The notes under the pieces are model-generated. The model saw only the letters and a program-made list of their open reading frames with translations, was not told the DNA's origin and searched no databases. Positions 1-11,077 of a stretch of 26,867 nt of DNA are shown piece by piece. Each line of letters starts with the position of its first letter. Positions within the stretch are counted from its first letter, which is position 1. The position numbers and the translations under genes were made by a program. Source of the DNA: Pseudovirgaria hyperparasitica (lineage: Eukaryota); NCBI GenBank assembly GCA_010093815.1, contig ML996579.1. One strand, given 5' to 3'.

Positions 1-810
1 CCACGCCCATAACCATTTGCGCGCTCGTCCCACGGTAGACATTTTCCCTGCGGGCTCAGTACTCCCAGGTTCGATAGTGCGATCACTAGGTCTGGGTTCA
101 TGGACAGGTGGGCGACACATGCAATCGCAATTTTCGCCTCTCCACTGCGGATACTCTGCGCCGCGAGGTGCAGAGCCGCCATACCGCCCGAGCATCCTGT
201 ATCTGTAGTGACGCTGGGCCCGCGCAAGTCGTAGAAGTGCGAAATGCGATTTGAGTACATGGCGGCACCATTGCCAGTGAAGTAAGACGCGGGTAGCGTT
301 TCGGGGTCCTTTATAAGGCGGTCACTATAATCACGGCCGAATGTGCCTGAAAAGACCGAGGTGTTTGAACCGGCCATGCGTTCGAGTGTGTAGCCGGCAT
401 CTTCGAATGCTTCGAATACTCCTTCCATCGAGAGTCTCAGCTGAGGATCCATGGCCTCCGCCGCCTCCGTTGCAACTCCGAAGAATGGCGCGTCGAATGC
501 GCTGATGTCCTCGTCGAGGAAATACCCTCCCTGTACATGATGCTAATTTTCTCATTAGTATCGGTTGATTCATAATATCGATCTCGCTAAGAGTAGGAGT
601 GTGACTTACTCGGTCTAGTCGCTGCTGCTCAGGGTGGTACAAGGACGCACCGTCGAAGCGTGTGGCTGGGATTGGGGACCATGCGTCTGTACCAGAAGAA
701 AGGAGAGTCCAGAGCTTGGATGGTGTGCTTGAAGAACCTGCGAAGCGGCAGCTTAAGCCAGTAATGGCTAATGGGCGAGAAGATGGTGGTTTAGGCGATG
801 GAGGTACCAT
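1..810 (-). CDS. Iterative type I polyketide synthase, reducing (HR-PKS-like), N-terminal KS domain only; gene continues off the left edge. Exons 810-610 and 542-<1
   Basis: ATG at 810 gives MVPPSP..LAITGLSCRFAGSSSTPSKLW. Intron 609-543 has GTAAGT donor, TACTAAT branch and TAG acceptor. Exon 2 reads HHVQGGYFLDEDISAFDAPFF..AMDPQLRL..SNRISHFYDLRGPSVTTDTGCSGG (KS catalytic Cys near 192-194)..WDERANGYGRG. The protein starts directly with KS (no SAT domain), typical of reducing PKSs. Downstream domains are not visible. Confidence 0.93.
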
Positions 811-1126
811 TTTGGACGTTGAAGATTTGTGGAAGTTGAGATGTAGGAACTGGGAGAGAAGAAAGCAGAGAACTGGCTGTTTCAGACTGGGACTGGGCTA
901 CGTGAAGTTAACTTGAATGTTAAGTTGCCATATATGTTGTGTTGCGTACAAGCACTCGTCCATTCACTCACGCTCACACGCACACATACGCGTAGCCAAA
1001 TTACACGCGCGTGCGATGTGAAATTGTTCTTGAAAACATTTGCCCACTCGTATTATTACTTATTTCTACTCAGCGCAAATATCTTCCTCGGGCACATTGC
1101 GAGGATAATATAAGTCTCCAATCCAT

Positions 1127-1200
1127 CGCAAACAGACATGACTACCGCAAATAGACATTACCACCGGAAGCAGACATTCACGTCGCACATACAACCCCTG
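1127..1200. repeat. Degenerate 19-bp tandem repeat (3-4 copies) upstream of the PKS
   Basis: Units start at 1127, 1146, 1165 and 1184: CGCAAACAGACATGACTAC / CGCAAATAGACATTACCAC / CGGAAGCAGACATTCACGT / CGCACATAC. Confidence 0.6.
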
Positions 1201-1295
1201 CCAACTTGCGAAAATACTCCGAGCGCATCCATGTCCACCGCCCACTTTATTAGTGATCTAACAATAATTTCAGGTGCATGAGTCAACATTGTATA

Positions 1296-1348
1296 GTGAA
1301 GAGCCAACATAGCAAGTAAAGAGCTAAAATCGTGGGTGAAGAGCTAAC
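1296..1348. repeat. Three copies of GTRAAGAGCYAA at exact 20-bp spacing upstream of the PKS
   Basis: GTGAAGAGCCAA at 1296, GTAAAGAGCTAA at 1316, GTGAAGAGCTAA at 1336. Confidence 0.6.
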
Positions 1349-2051
1349 CGCGTATCCCTGCACGATCCTCGGAGAATTTTGATAGTATGTATGGCGTGAA
1401 AATTAATCAACCAGAGTGTGGAGAAGAGTTTAAGTTATTAATTCTGCCTGGCCTCGGCAAAAAAAGACGTGGTCCCTGAGGAGAAACTGAGCCACCGGCA
1501 GTTGCAGCGTTGGGAGCGCTGTATGCTGTACACGTGGAGAGATTTCAGGCCCGGCGATACTATCGGAGGTAGCTCCGAACGTAATTGTAGAGCCGGGGAA
1601 ATGTTGTGCCTACCACTGATCTCCAAGTTCAGGTAGCTTCATAATGATATGCCATGAATGCACCGCAATATCGTTCAGTATGGCCGATGGTTTGGGGGAT
1701 GGGGATGAGCGATAGAAGAGCTATTTGTACAGGCTTCTGCTTGTAGGACAACCCCTGGTAGTGTGAGATGCCGCAATCGCATCATGCCTGTATGAGGATT
1801 TTGGGCATCCATATATATGACTTATTGCAGATTTAGTCACACTAAACGTACTGTTGGGGTGGACATTGACTATCCCATGAACAGTATATGTTTTACTGGT
1901 TAGAAGAAGTTACAATGTTATAGGCATTGTAGCTAGTTAAAAGACTACTACAATTGAAGCTGGAAAGCTCTAGTCCTTGCTGGTCATCTATGAAGCTGCA
2001 TATTTGGCTCTGCGTCTGAAAAGTATCAAACTATGTGGCCAAGAAATGATA

Positions 2052-3763
2052 CTAAGCATCCCTTTTCACCTCCCGTAGCTTCAAAGGTAAAGCCGGCTTT
2101 GTCCAGCTCAAATAACTTTTCATGCACCGCATATCATCCTCGGTAGACCATAATCTATTTGACTCCTTCGGATCTGCTAGCTCCGAATCGAAATTCCATA
2201 TAAAGTTGGCAAGAATCAAGCAAAGTTCGAAATAGGCAAGCTGCTTACCAATACAAGCACGGGGACCTACAGAGAATGGCTGTGAAGCTGCCAAATTATC
2301 TCCTGCAAACTGGTCATCCCAATCAGGATGATCGCGTGAAAGCCAGCGCTGTGGGCAAAACTCATTCGGGCGAGCGAAATTGAACTCCATGTGCGTAATG
2401 GCGAAAGATGGCACAGCAACAGTGCATCCTTTAGGTATAGACTCGCCACATATGACAGCACCTCCTATCGGAACTACTCGCTGTTGGCTCACGGCCGCAG
2501 CTGGGACGAGTCTCAAGGTCTCATTGATCGTTGCGTGGAGGTACGGCAGATTGTCCGGCTGGAGATTAGCCCAGCGAATGTCTTCAACCCTCTTGAACTT
2601 GCCACGGATCTCCCCCACCACCCGGCTGTAGACATGTCGGTCTGCATTGATGAAATAGGCCCACGGCGTCAAGGTACTGGCAGTTGTTTCACTGCCTGCA
2701 CTCACGAGTAAAACCATATTGATCATCAGTTCCATGTCTGAAAGGTCTTGCCGGGCCTCTTTGCTCTTAAGCACAAAGTACATTAGATCTTTGTGGTCTC
2801 TATCTCCGTCCTTGATACGTTTCTCGGTCGCCACCTTTGCTTTTTCAAAATGCAAGCGTCGCCATAGTGCTGCGCTCTTTGGAAGAAGTAATTTCTTGAA
2901 GATAGACTCAGCGTAGGTGTCCACTCCAGTCAGTCGTCTTATAGCTTGCTCCCAAGCTCCGCTCACAAAGACATTGATAATTGCGAGTGACCAGTCAGTA
3001 TCAGCTTTTTTGTCGAGGCATCCAAAGGTCTCCCCGAAAGTAAGTTCGCCCATGATATCAAATGTGGTATAGGTGACTATAGCTATCAGCTTTCAATCAA
3101 CATTGAAAGAATACATATCGCCACTTACACCAATGTAGCATGTTTGGGTGCTCGCCCTTGGCCGCGTAATCTTTCATCACTTGCATGAGTTTTTGGACCT
3201 GCCCTAGAATAATTTCTTGTTGGTTTAAGAGCGCGCCAGTCGTGAAAGAATGTCCTAGAGCTCTGCGATGGCGACTATGATCCTTAGTCGCCAGAGGTGC
3301 CATCGTCAATCCAACACTCCCTTGGACCTTTGGAACTGCTCCAATGAAAACTGGATGTTTTTCCATGTTGGAGTTACCACCCTAAGAGGTACGAGTTGGC
3401 TGGAATGTACGCTCATTGTAGATATATGAACACTCACTCTGTCGTAGATATTCTTCCAAGCATCTGAGTTCACAAAACTGAGCTCACTCGGGCCCACTCG
3501 TACAATCGCACCATACTTGCTGTGAAGTTTTCTGTAGTACGCATGCTGGCGACCTGCTGCTAGTGCAACTGCTGCCGGGATTTCGCTCAAGCTATTGAGC
3601 CAGGGGCCAGGGTATTTGCTCAAAGGGTGGAACACTCGTCTCTGCACGATGAACACCACTATCGCAAATGGAATCTGGAGTCTTATCAGTTGATTTCCTG
3701 GGACTCGAGTCACTCCAGAGTACTTACAACGCATAGAAGTAACGATTGAGGAATTAGAACCAT
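2052..3763 (-). CDS. aba2: Cytochrome P450, Aba2-like (C-1' hydroxylase of the fungal ABA pathway), ~516 aa. Exons 3763-3728, 3674-3438, 3381-3129, 3076-2052
   Basis: Three GT-AG introns of 52-56 nt join to 1551 nt in frame. Motifs: HPLSKYPGPW, WFTYTTFDIMGELTFG, I-helix SAGSETTA, ETLR, PQRW, heme FSVGPRACIG. Segments such as GRQHAYYRKLHSKYG, EKHPVFIGAV, WSLAIINVF and NMVLLVSAGSETTAS closely resemble Botrytis BcABA2 as I remember it. Confidence 0.9.
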
Positions 3764-4184
3764 AGTTACGACGATGTAGACGTGTTTGAGCTAGTGATCA
3801 TACCTCGAATAGAGTAAAGGAATACTTGTCGTGATGGATACTTTGGCGCACTTCAGTGACCATCGTATTTATGTCGCATTGTATTAAGGTCAGTCATCAC
3901 ATGATGACATTGAGCATGAATAGGATCGAATGATTTGGTAGAAACGACTCTTGGCCTGGGGCAAACCGCAAAACATTTGTCCGAAGCGCCAGCATCCGTA
4001 AATGACGCCCTAGTCACACCAAATGGTATTTGTCGCCTGATGCTGAATACAGCTTCTACCTCCATGTTGAAATTGAAATTGAATAGTATTTGGCGGCTGT
4101 TGCCGATGAGGAAGAAGAAAATCGATACGACCTGTCATCTTCACCGCGCGACTCTGTGTGTGACCGTCGTATAATCACACAATC

Positions 4185-5666
4185 ATGAAAGCCGAGCTTG
4201 TTGGTCATCATCGCATCTACTCGGAGCATGAGGATGCTTCGAAAAAGACAGCAGTACTACCAGCTATCGATAGCTGGGGTGCTTACTGGAGAACAATTGT
4301 GGCTATATACTTCTTCGAGTCGTACAGCGGTCTGGACGTCTTCAGCGATCTTCGAAAAAGCCTGAGCAGAGCACTAGACAGAGTCCCCCATCTGACTGGT
4401 ACTCTGGAGCCAACATCTATCAAAACAAGCGACGAGCCAGTCCGTACTTTCCGAAGGGTGAAGGTCACATGGGGGTCTGGTACTCCAGGCGGTGAATTGC
4501 TCGAGTGCAAAACAAACGCACGCATCAAGTCGCTCATACCACCTTCTGCTCAAGCGTCAAGCTTTGTGTGGGACCGATCTGATAAAGCACTTGAGGCACT
4601 CTTTCCTAAATGTCTTTCCGAAACGTCAGGACTCCGTATTCAGCTTACCAAATTCACATGTGGAGGCTTCTCAATCGCTATTGATATGGATCATGCCTTG
4701 GCAGATGCATATACAGTCGCATTATTCATAGGGTATTGGTCATCAGTGCATAATCAGATGTTCCCTACTACAGCAGAGCCGTGCCAATCTGCAAAATTGC
4801 CTGATCTCCTGTTCAGCCCCAGCATTGTGGAAGACAAGATACCAAGCGATGGCAAAAAACTTCTGATGCTGGAGAAATCTACTCATCTGCCTACTCGTCG
4901 TCCTGACTTTCGATTTCTATCCGCACCGAACAAGGAAATCATAGTCTCGCGTGATGGGCCTATACCAAATATGAAAAGACCAAACTCAGTCAGCACTCAG
5001 TATCTATTCCACGTCTCGGAGTATGACTATGAGCGGATTACGCGTGGGGTACAGGCCACAGCAGATGTTCAGGTTACAGATCAGATAGCTTTTACTGCTT
5101 TCCTTTGGGCTGCTCTGAATCAAGCGCGACTACACTGCGGACGTCATTCCCTCGATTTGCATCTATCGCTCAGCCTTCGATGGACCCTTGGCCTCCCAGA
5201 AGGACTAGTAGGTAGCCCCTTAGTTGCAGTCATGTTTGACAGCGGAGAGGATCTCCACACCGTTCGCAGAAGACCATCGGTGCTTGCAACAGCCATCACA
5301 GAGACACTTGAAAAGTACACAGAGGACGCTCTTCTTGGTATAGTCTACGACGCGAGTATGCGTGACAGTCCCACCAGCTCCTCGAGGGGTACTGAGAAGA
5401 GCGAGCGTATGGAGCTCACGTCCGGCGTTGGATCTATCTCAAGTGCTCCTATCTTTGGTTCGTGCAGACCATTGTTCATGGCTCCTCCAGCTTTGCCTGT
5501 CGAGAACTTGTTTATCATGGCAGACTGCTTGTCATCTAATGCTGGGACTACTGCGAAACGATATGCCGATGGTTACAATATATTTGTCAGCTTGCCTAGG
5601 GACGTATACTGTAGTCTAATACAGGATCCGGCCTTCAGTGCTTTTGAGGTGCTGGACGATCTCTAG
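4185..5666 (+). CDS. Acyl-CoA-dependent acyltransferase (BAHD/Tri101-like transferase family), 493 aa, intronless; probable counterpart of the accessory transferase in abl-type clusters
   Basis: Long uninterrupted ORF. LRIQLTKFTCGGFSIAIDMDHALADA carries the HxxxD catalytic motif (4692-4706). LRKSLSRALDRVPHLTGTL matches the usual N-terminal signature. The C-terminal DFGWG motif is degenerate (PIFGS). Divergently transcribed from aba2. Confidence 0.85.
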   Translation: MKAELVGHHRIYSEHEDASKKTAVLPAIDSWGAYWRTIVAIYFFESYSGLDVFSDLRKSLSRALDRVPHLTGTLEPTSIKTSDEPVRTFRRVKVTWGSGTPGGELLECKTNARIKSLIPPSAQASSFVWDRSDKALEALFPKCLSETSGLRIQLTKFTCGGFSIAIDMDHALADAYTVALFIGYWSSVHNQMFPTTAEPCQSAKLPDLLFSPSIVEDKIPSDGKKLLMLEKSTHLPTRRPDFRFLSAPNKEIIVSRDGPIPNMKRPNSVSTQYLFHVSEYDYERITRGVQATADVQVTDQIAFTAFLWAALNQARLHCGRHSLDLHLSLSLRWTLGLPEGLVGSPLVAVMFDSGEDLHTVRRRPSVLATAITETLEKYTEDALLGIVYDASMRDSPTSSSRGTEKSERMELTSGVGSISSAPIFGSCRPLFMAPPALPVENLFIMADCLSSNAGTTAKRYADGYNIFVSLPRDVYCSLIQDPAFSAFEVLDDL

Positions 5667-6141
5667 AGGTACTGTTAACTTATATATTCTGTTGAGATCT
5701 CTGATTCTGCGCATCGGGGTGCGACATTATTGAGATACGTTCTACAGTGTAAATGGAGTCTATGTAGTCTTTACACATGATTTGCATAGGGTTAGGAATT
5801 GAGTTAGGCAGATTCTTAGTGTGCATATCATAGGTTAGGTGGAGAAATGAGAAGAGACTGTCTCATGAAAAAGAGATACCAATACAAGTCTCTAACCATT
5901 GAATTCATCGACCGGAGTGCTCTAGCTATTCACGAAAATTCTATCTGATACATATTTTAGATTCATAGTTCCAAGGTAAAGCAGTTTGTATACAATGGTG
6001 GAATTGTAGAAAGTGGACTCGAGTAAGGGAAGTAGGAAGGTCATTTCACAATTTTCATATCGCGCACAAACTAATAGCTTGAATAGCCAACAATCGAGTC
6101 AATACTCTAACGCAAACGCTATTGACCGTGAGAAGTGCCTG

Positions 6142-7518
6142 CTAAGTTTGCGAGAAGACTTCATTAAGCTCTGGGAAGATGAGCGCAGCTCTTTCATGGA
6201 GCGTATCCAGATGTGCTGACCAGGTGCTCCGACAGGACAGACAAAGCACAACACCTCCAAACCGACCATGTGCTTCTGCACCATAGTAATCTCGAAAATT
6301 ACAGCTGGAGCAGTTCTGGTCGCTTTCAAGGTAGCCACAAAGCCCAGGAAACATGTATATCTCACTTCCGGTGGACACAAGATGACGAAAACGATCCTCG
6401 TCCTTCATCCGTTCGTCATCAGAGTCAACCCTGTACCAAAGCTTACGATTCTTCCTGGCTTGATCAACAACATCTCGAGTTTCAGAGCGTCCGATTGTGA
6501 GTTCTTCCTCAACAAATCTGTATCGTCTCATCATTATATGGATGGGACCTCCAAAGAAACGCACAAAATTTAGAACGGGTGTGTACTCAGCTCTTCTAGA
6601 GAGGGCCACATCAAGGGCCCATAGGACCTCTCGAGCCTGATGGAAGGCGGTTATGCGCTTGTCCGACGGCATATAGGCGAATGTGCTGTTAGTTTCCCCC
6701 TCGCTCCGATGTTTGAAGAATGCTACTGCATCATAGAGGGTGTCTCCAATCTCTGTGAGGATCTCGTACTCGCCATCTGACAACTTCACACTGTCAAGAT
6801 CATTACAAGCCAGTGCGGAGGCTATAGTAAATCGGGCCAGGGCGTCTGCGTCCCTCATTCTGAACCCTGGCGAGGGGAGCGAGCAAGCGCATTCACATAT
6901 CGCCGAAAGAGGACACCATTGCGGCGGTTGCTCGACTTGTCTGCAGTTATCAGCAGGAACGACCTATATTCACGGCACATATTTTCACTGTTGGGTTCAA
7001 AAGTCAGTTATGGCTCTAATAGCGGGTGGAGCTCTTACTAGTCTGCCGTCCCGGCGAACAGATCGTCGAGAACTTCTTGAAGATTATATCCTAGAATATT
7101 GTCTCCTGCTGTTACATCGACTAGGCTTCCTTTGAACTCTGCAATAACACCCATGATGATGATCCGCATGAATGCGATGTACCGCTTCCAATTTGTGTAT
7201 TGCGGAATAACACATCGAGTATACTCCCATGCACAAGCGAAGACTTCTTGTTTGACAACAGTCGACATGTTGAGACTCTCCAGGTCATTGGCAATCTCGC
7301 TGGGATAGTACCACTTATTCTTTGGAGTGAGCTTGTCAGGCTTCTGTATAGGCTCATGTCCAAGATTTGGGCTTTGGTGATTCTCGATAGAGCTGACAAA
7401 GTTTGACGTATACTGCGTGGATGAATAAGCAAATGTTATCGAGCTTTATATTAGTTGAAAGATGACAAACCGCTTGCCAAAGTACCCCCACCTGTTTGAG
7501 AATGTCAATTCCAAACAT
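6142..7518 (-). pseudogene. aba3: Aba3-like alpha-ionylideneethane synthase (non-canonical sesquiterpene cyclase), frameshifted as written; ~415 aa if one base is restored at 6866/6867. Exons ~7518-7492 (tentative), 7412-7039, 6987-6142
   Basis: WYYPSEIANDL..FACAWEYTRCVIPQYTNWKRYIAFMR..IAEFKG, then REYRSFLLITADK..LFRRYVNALA, then MRDADALARFTIASALACNDLD..IGDTLYDAVAFFKHRSEGETNSTFAY..RFFGGPIHIMMRRYRFVEE and C-terminal CSSC..CLSC. These blocks match BcABA3 as I recall it. Intron 7038-6988 has GTAAGA/CTGAC/CAG signals. Exons sum to 1247 nt, not a multiple of 3; CAG GG TTC AGA ATG stands where CAG TGG TTC AGA ATG (QWFRM) is expected. Family assignment is confident; pseudogene versus sequencing error is unresolved. 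Confidence 0.88.
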
Positions 7519-8415
7519 TGAAAGGTCTATGATTATGATTTTCACTATCTATAATCGTCGTGTTGAGTGTAATCTTGGATATCGAGTGGAAATCAGAGGG
7601 TTGCACAACGTATTATCATAGTAAGTTATTGTTTCCAACCTTTGTAGTAAAGCCAAAGAAGGCGACTTCCACGTGCATCTTCAAAAGTTTACGGCTCCTG
7701 CAAGCAAGTCCCTGTAATAAAGCCCATGAACCATTAGCGCAATATTTTCTCACATTGGCAAGGGTGAATTTGTGCGGTAGAGAACTTTACCAGACCGTAG
7801 TAGCCTTGCCTTAATTATGGGAGGCATTCTAAAGGGGACGCTCAAACTTTACTATAATTACTTCGAATGAAAGTAAGCCACACTACTTTACAACCATTAA
7901 TAAATTTAATTCGGGTCCTTGGGAAAAGAAGTGGGTTTGACTTAGAAAGATATTCGCAAGTCGATAATACATTTAGATTGCTGTGTTCTCAAGACGCTAA
8001 ACCGCTACAAGCTGGCCATGGAGCCATGTTAGGTGACCCACTCTCAAAGACCCGAATAGGGGGTTCGGGTGAATTGTCGTGATGAGTCCCGGGATAACTC
8101 TGCATGAGAGACTGAAATTGATTGGCTCCAGGGTACGCACTTCACTTATACCCAAATATTGGCGTTCAATTGATTTGCCGATGCCAGTCAAAGTGTTTGA
8201 AATGCCCGGCGGATGAAAGAAAATCACCTCACATGAGAGCTGCATACGGCTCAGCCTACACAGGAAGCCAGCGAATGAGGTGATTGAAATGGAGGTAGCG
8301 GGATTCTATCTGATGTAAGCCTGTCTACCAGTAGACGATATGAGATGAATGCTTTCTAGATTGTGCCTGATTCGAAGTCTGAGGAATATCTGACAGTGTC
8401 TACTAGCTAAGAGAC

Positions 8416-10214
8416 ATGACATTCAACCCGACGTACAGCCTTCGAACCATGGGCTCTTCTCCGTCTATCACTGAGCAGGAGGTTAGATCTGGAAGTCATA
8501 GTCTTATCTTGATCATCGTCGCAGCTAGCTTTCTAATCTGGCTCCTCTTCTCCGGTGTCTGGTCCTACCGCCGTCTATGTCACATTCCGACTCCTTCAAG
8601 ACTCGCTGGCCTATCGTACCTCTGGTTAGGATATATTACCTGGAGTGGAAAGCAATACTGGGTTCATCGCGATCTACATAAAAAATATGGTCCCTTGGTC
8701 CGCATTGGTCCAAATGAGGTGATGACAGATGATCCTGAGATTCTGAAGAAGGTTGCATCGACAAATAGCACCTACCGCAGAGCAGAATGGTATCTGACGG
8801 GAAGGTTCAACCCCTACTTCGATAACTTGTTCACTATTCTTGATCCAATCCCACACCAGAAGGCCAAACAACGTTCTATGCCAGCTTACTTGGGGAGAGA
8901 GACACCTGGATTGGATGTTATCATTAACGACAAGGTGAAACTTCTCATTAAAGTACTGTGTGACCGACATTTGACTTCTGATCCCGGGCAAAATCCGCCA
9001 CTTGTCAATCTAGGAGTGATTACGAACTATTTTACGATGGATGTTATTACACACCTCGGGTTTGGTCACGAAACAGGATATCTCCGAGACGATCAAGACC
9101 ATTATCGCTTTCTTGAAGGTGTACGCAGACTCTGGCCTCAAATGTCGACTGTTTCTGAGGTCCCTTGGATGCGTAGGGCCCTGTTCTCGACCCCAATGCT
9201 AAAGCTGTTCGGTCCAAAACACACAGACAAAGAGGGTTTCGGGGCGCTCATGGGGTGAGTAGTTCGATTCTATGTATACTGCGGCTAGACTAACATCCAA
9301 GTGCTGCTCGCGAACATGTTAATCGCCGATTCGAGTTGGGAGAGGGAAAGAAAAGTGACATGCTGGTATGATCTGTTTGTAACGTGAAGTAGTCTGATAT
9401 TCACCAAGGACGTCACAGGAAACATTTATCAAGCTAGGGTTCAATCGCCAGGAGTGCGAGTCTGAAGGGCTCTTTCTCCTGCTATCTGGCACTGAAAGTA
9501 CGGCATGTGCTATGCGCCAGATCTTAGTCCACGCCATTACTGCCCCAGCGATATACGATATGGTAAAGGAAGAGATCATGCGTGCCTGTCGCGAAGGGTC
9601 GGTGTCCTATCCCATCACCATGGTGGAGGCCAAGAAGCTTCCTTGTCTCCAGGTACCTTAAACTATCACATGAAACACCAAGAGTATGCTTACAGGTAGT
9701 ACAGGCCATCATCTATGAAGGCATTCGAATGCGACCACCTTTGCTTGGAACTTTTCCCAAGGTTGTTCCATCCTCTGGCGAAACGTTTCATGGCCACTTC
9801 ATCCCAGCAGGGACGTCGATTTGCACCAACGGGTCATCATTGTTGCGCTCCAAGACTCTATTCGGGAACGATGCCGAGGTGTATAACCCCATGCGATTCA
9901 TTCATCTAGAAAAATCCAAACGTGAAGAGATGGAGCGTAACGTGGAGCTTACGTTTGGTTATGGACAATGGATGTGCGCCGGCAAGACAATCGCTTTCAT
10001 GGAAATGAACAAAGTAATATTCGAGGCAAGTTAGCAGGATCATGAATCTTACTGCGAACTGACCGTGTCCGATTAGTTACTCCGTCACTTTAACATTCAG
10101 TTGGTCGACCCGTTGAAGCCCTGTGATGTAAAGAGCTATGGAGTGTTCCTTGAACCCAATCTTTATGTGCGCATTACAAAAGATCAGAACGTATCTTTAG
10201 GAGTGAAAGCATGA
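8416..10214 (+). CDS. aba1: Cytochrome P450, Aba1-like, ~520-531 aa. Exons 8416 (or 8449)-9254, 9302-9365, 9419-9652, 9705-10025, 10077-10214; last intron is GC-AG
   Basis: N-terminal TM anchor, then SGKQYWVHRDLHKKYGPLVRIGP..TDDPEI..WYLTGRFNPY, nearly identical to BcABA1 as I remember it. I-helix LSGTESTA, EGIR, heme FGYGQWMCAG. Exons join to 1596 nt in frame. Divergent from aba3. Confidence 0.9.
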
Positions 10215-11077
10215 ACTAGTCAGGGGGGCGACGGTTGCACTTTCTCTGCGTTTTGAGCCTACTTTTTGCCTTGCGAACGTAAAGCTCGATCAGAGCACAT
10301 GTACTTAGGTGAATAGGTACCAATTCATGTCCATGTTCGATACTGCAGAATGTCGCAAACTTTGAGCTACTCGATGCAGAATCGTGTTTCTCATAATGCC
10401 CTTGAACAATGACATCAAGAATCGTTGTCAGCCGACTGCCTCAGATGAATGTGAGACCAATTAAGCAGCTATTAGCCCATTGGATCACACAAACATCTAA
10501 AGTTTTCCACCTTTACCGTGATATGAAGGCAAGCATGTCGCCAATGCTTTGCTAGGGCTAACGAACATGTCCTAATTACTTGGTAAGCCGGAGAAACATT
10601 ATTGTTAATAAAGTAACGACGTGATATCAAGCAGTTCCTAGCGCATCGACCTAACCTCGGTCTTTCTTCCACAAACCATAATAATACAGATAATGAGCTC
10701 TACCGATTCATGAGTGCTCCGGCTAAATTATAATCCCTGTCGGAGAAACTTCTAGCTCTTACTATTTAGGTTCCATCTAGCTACCGATTGGCAGCGTATA
10801 GTAAGGGCAGCTAATGATTGGACGTGTGTTGTGGGGAGCCTCGCTATAGGTTTGGCTGATATTATTATCATTAATTTTGCACAAGATACTTGGCTGCGGA
10901 AGCTTCATTCGATTTTGGTGATGTGCACTATCATGTACATGAAAATTCGTATTATGCCGTCACATATATTATGCGTCGAGTGGCCTATATGAGATAGAGC
11001 ACCGTACACCGATAGACTCACCACGGCACCGATTTCCAAGGAATACATCTTCTAAGTTGCTGCTCCAGAAAATAGAT

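Noticed and set aside
331..609. C-terminal part of the 159-aa ORF 331..810
   Set aside because: It reads through the PKS intron (609-543) into the wrong frame; the spliced frame gives the canonical KS sequence.
958..995. CA-rich stretch (CACTCACGCTCACACGCACACATACG)
   Set aside because: Short impure microsatellite-like sequence, common in fungal promoters.
1127..1348. Short periodic repeats as a CRISPR-like array
   Set aside because: Eukaryotic context, repeats and spacers far too short, no cas genes.
5786..5842. Scattered TTAGG/GGTTAGG motifs between the acyltransferase and aba3
   Set aside because: Not a tandem TTAGGG array; too few and irregular to be telomeric.
6859..6872. Rescue of the aba3 frameshift by splicing or programmed -1 frameshifting
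   Set aside because: The only local GT..AG is 6 nt (GTTCAG), too short and frame-neutral; no X XXY YYZ slippery heptamer is present; the flanking residues are collinear with the homologue.
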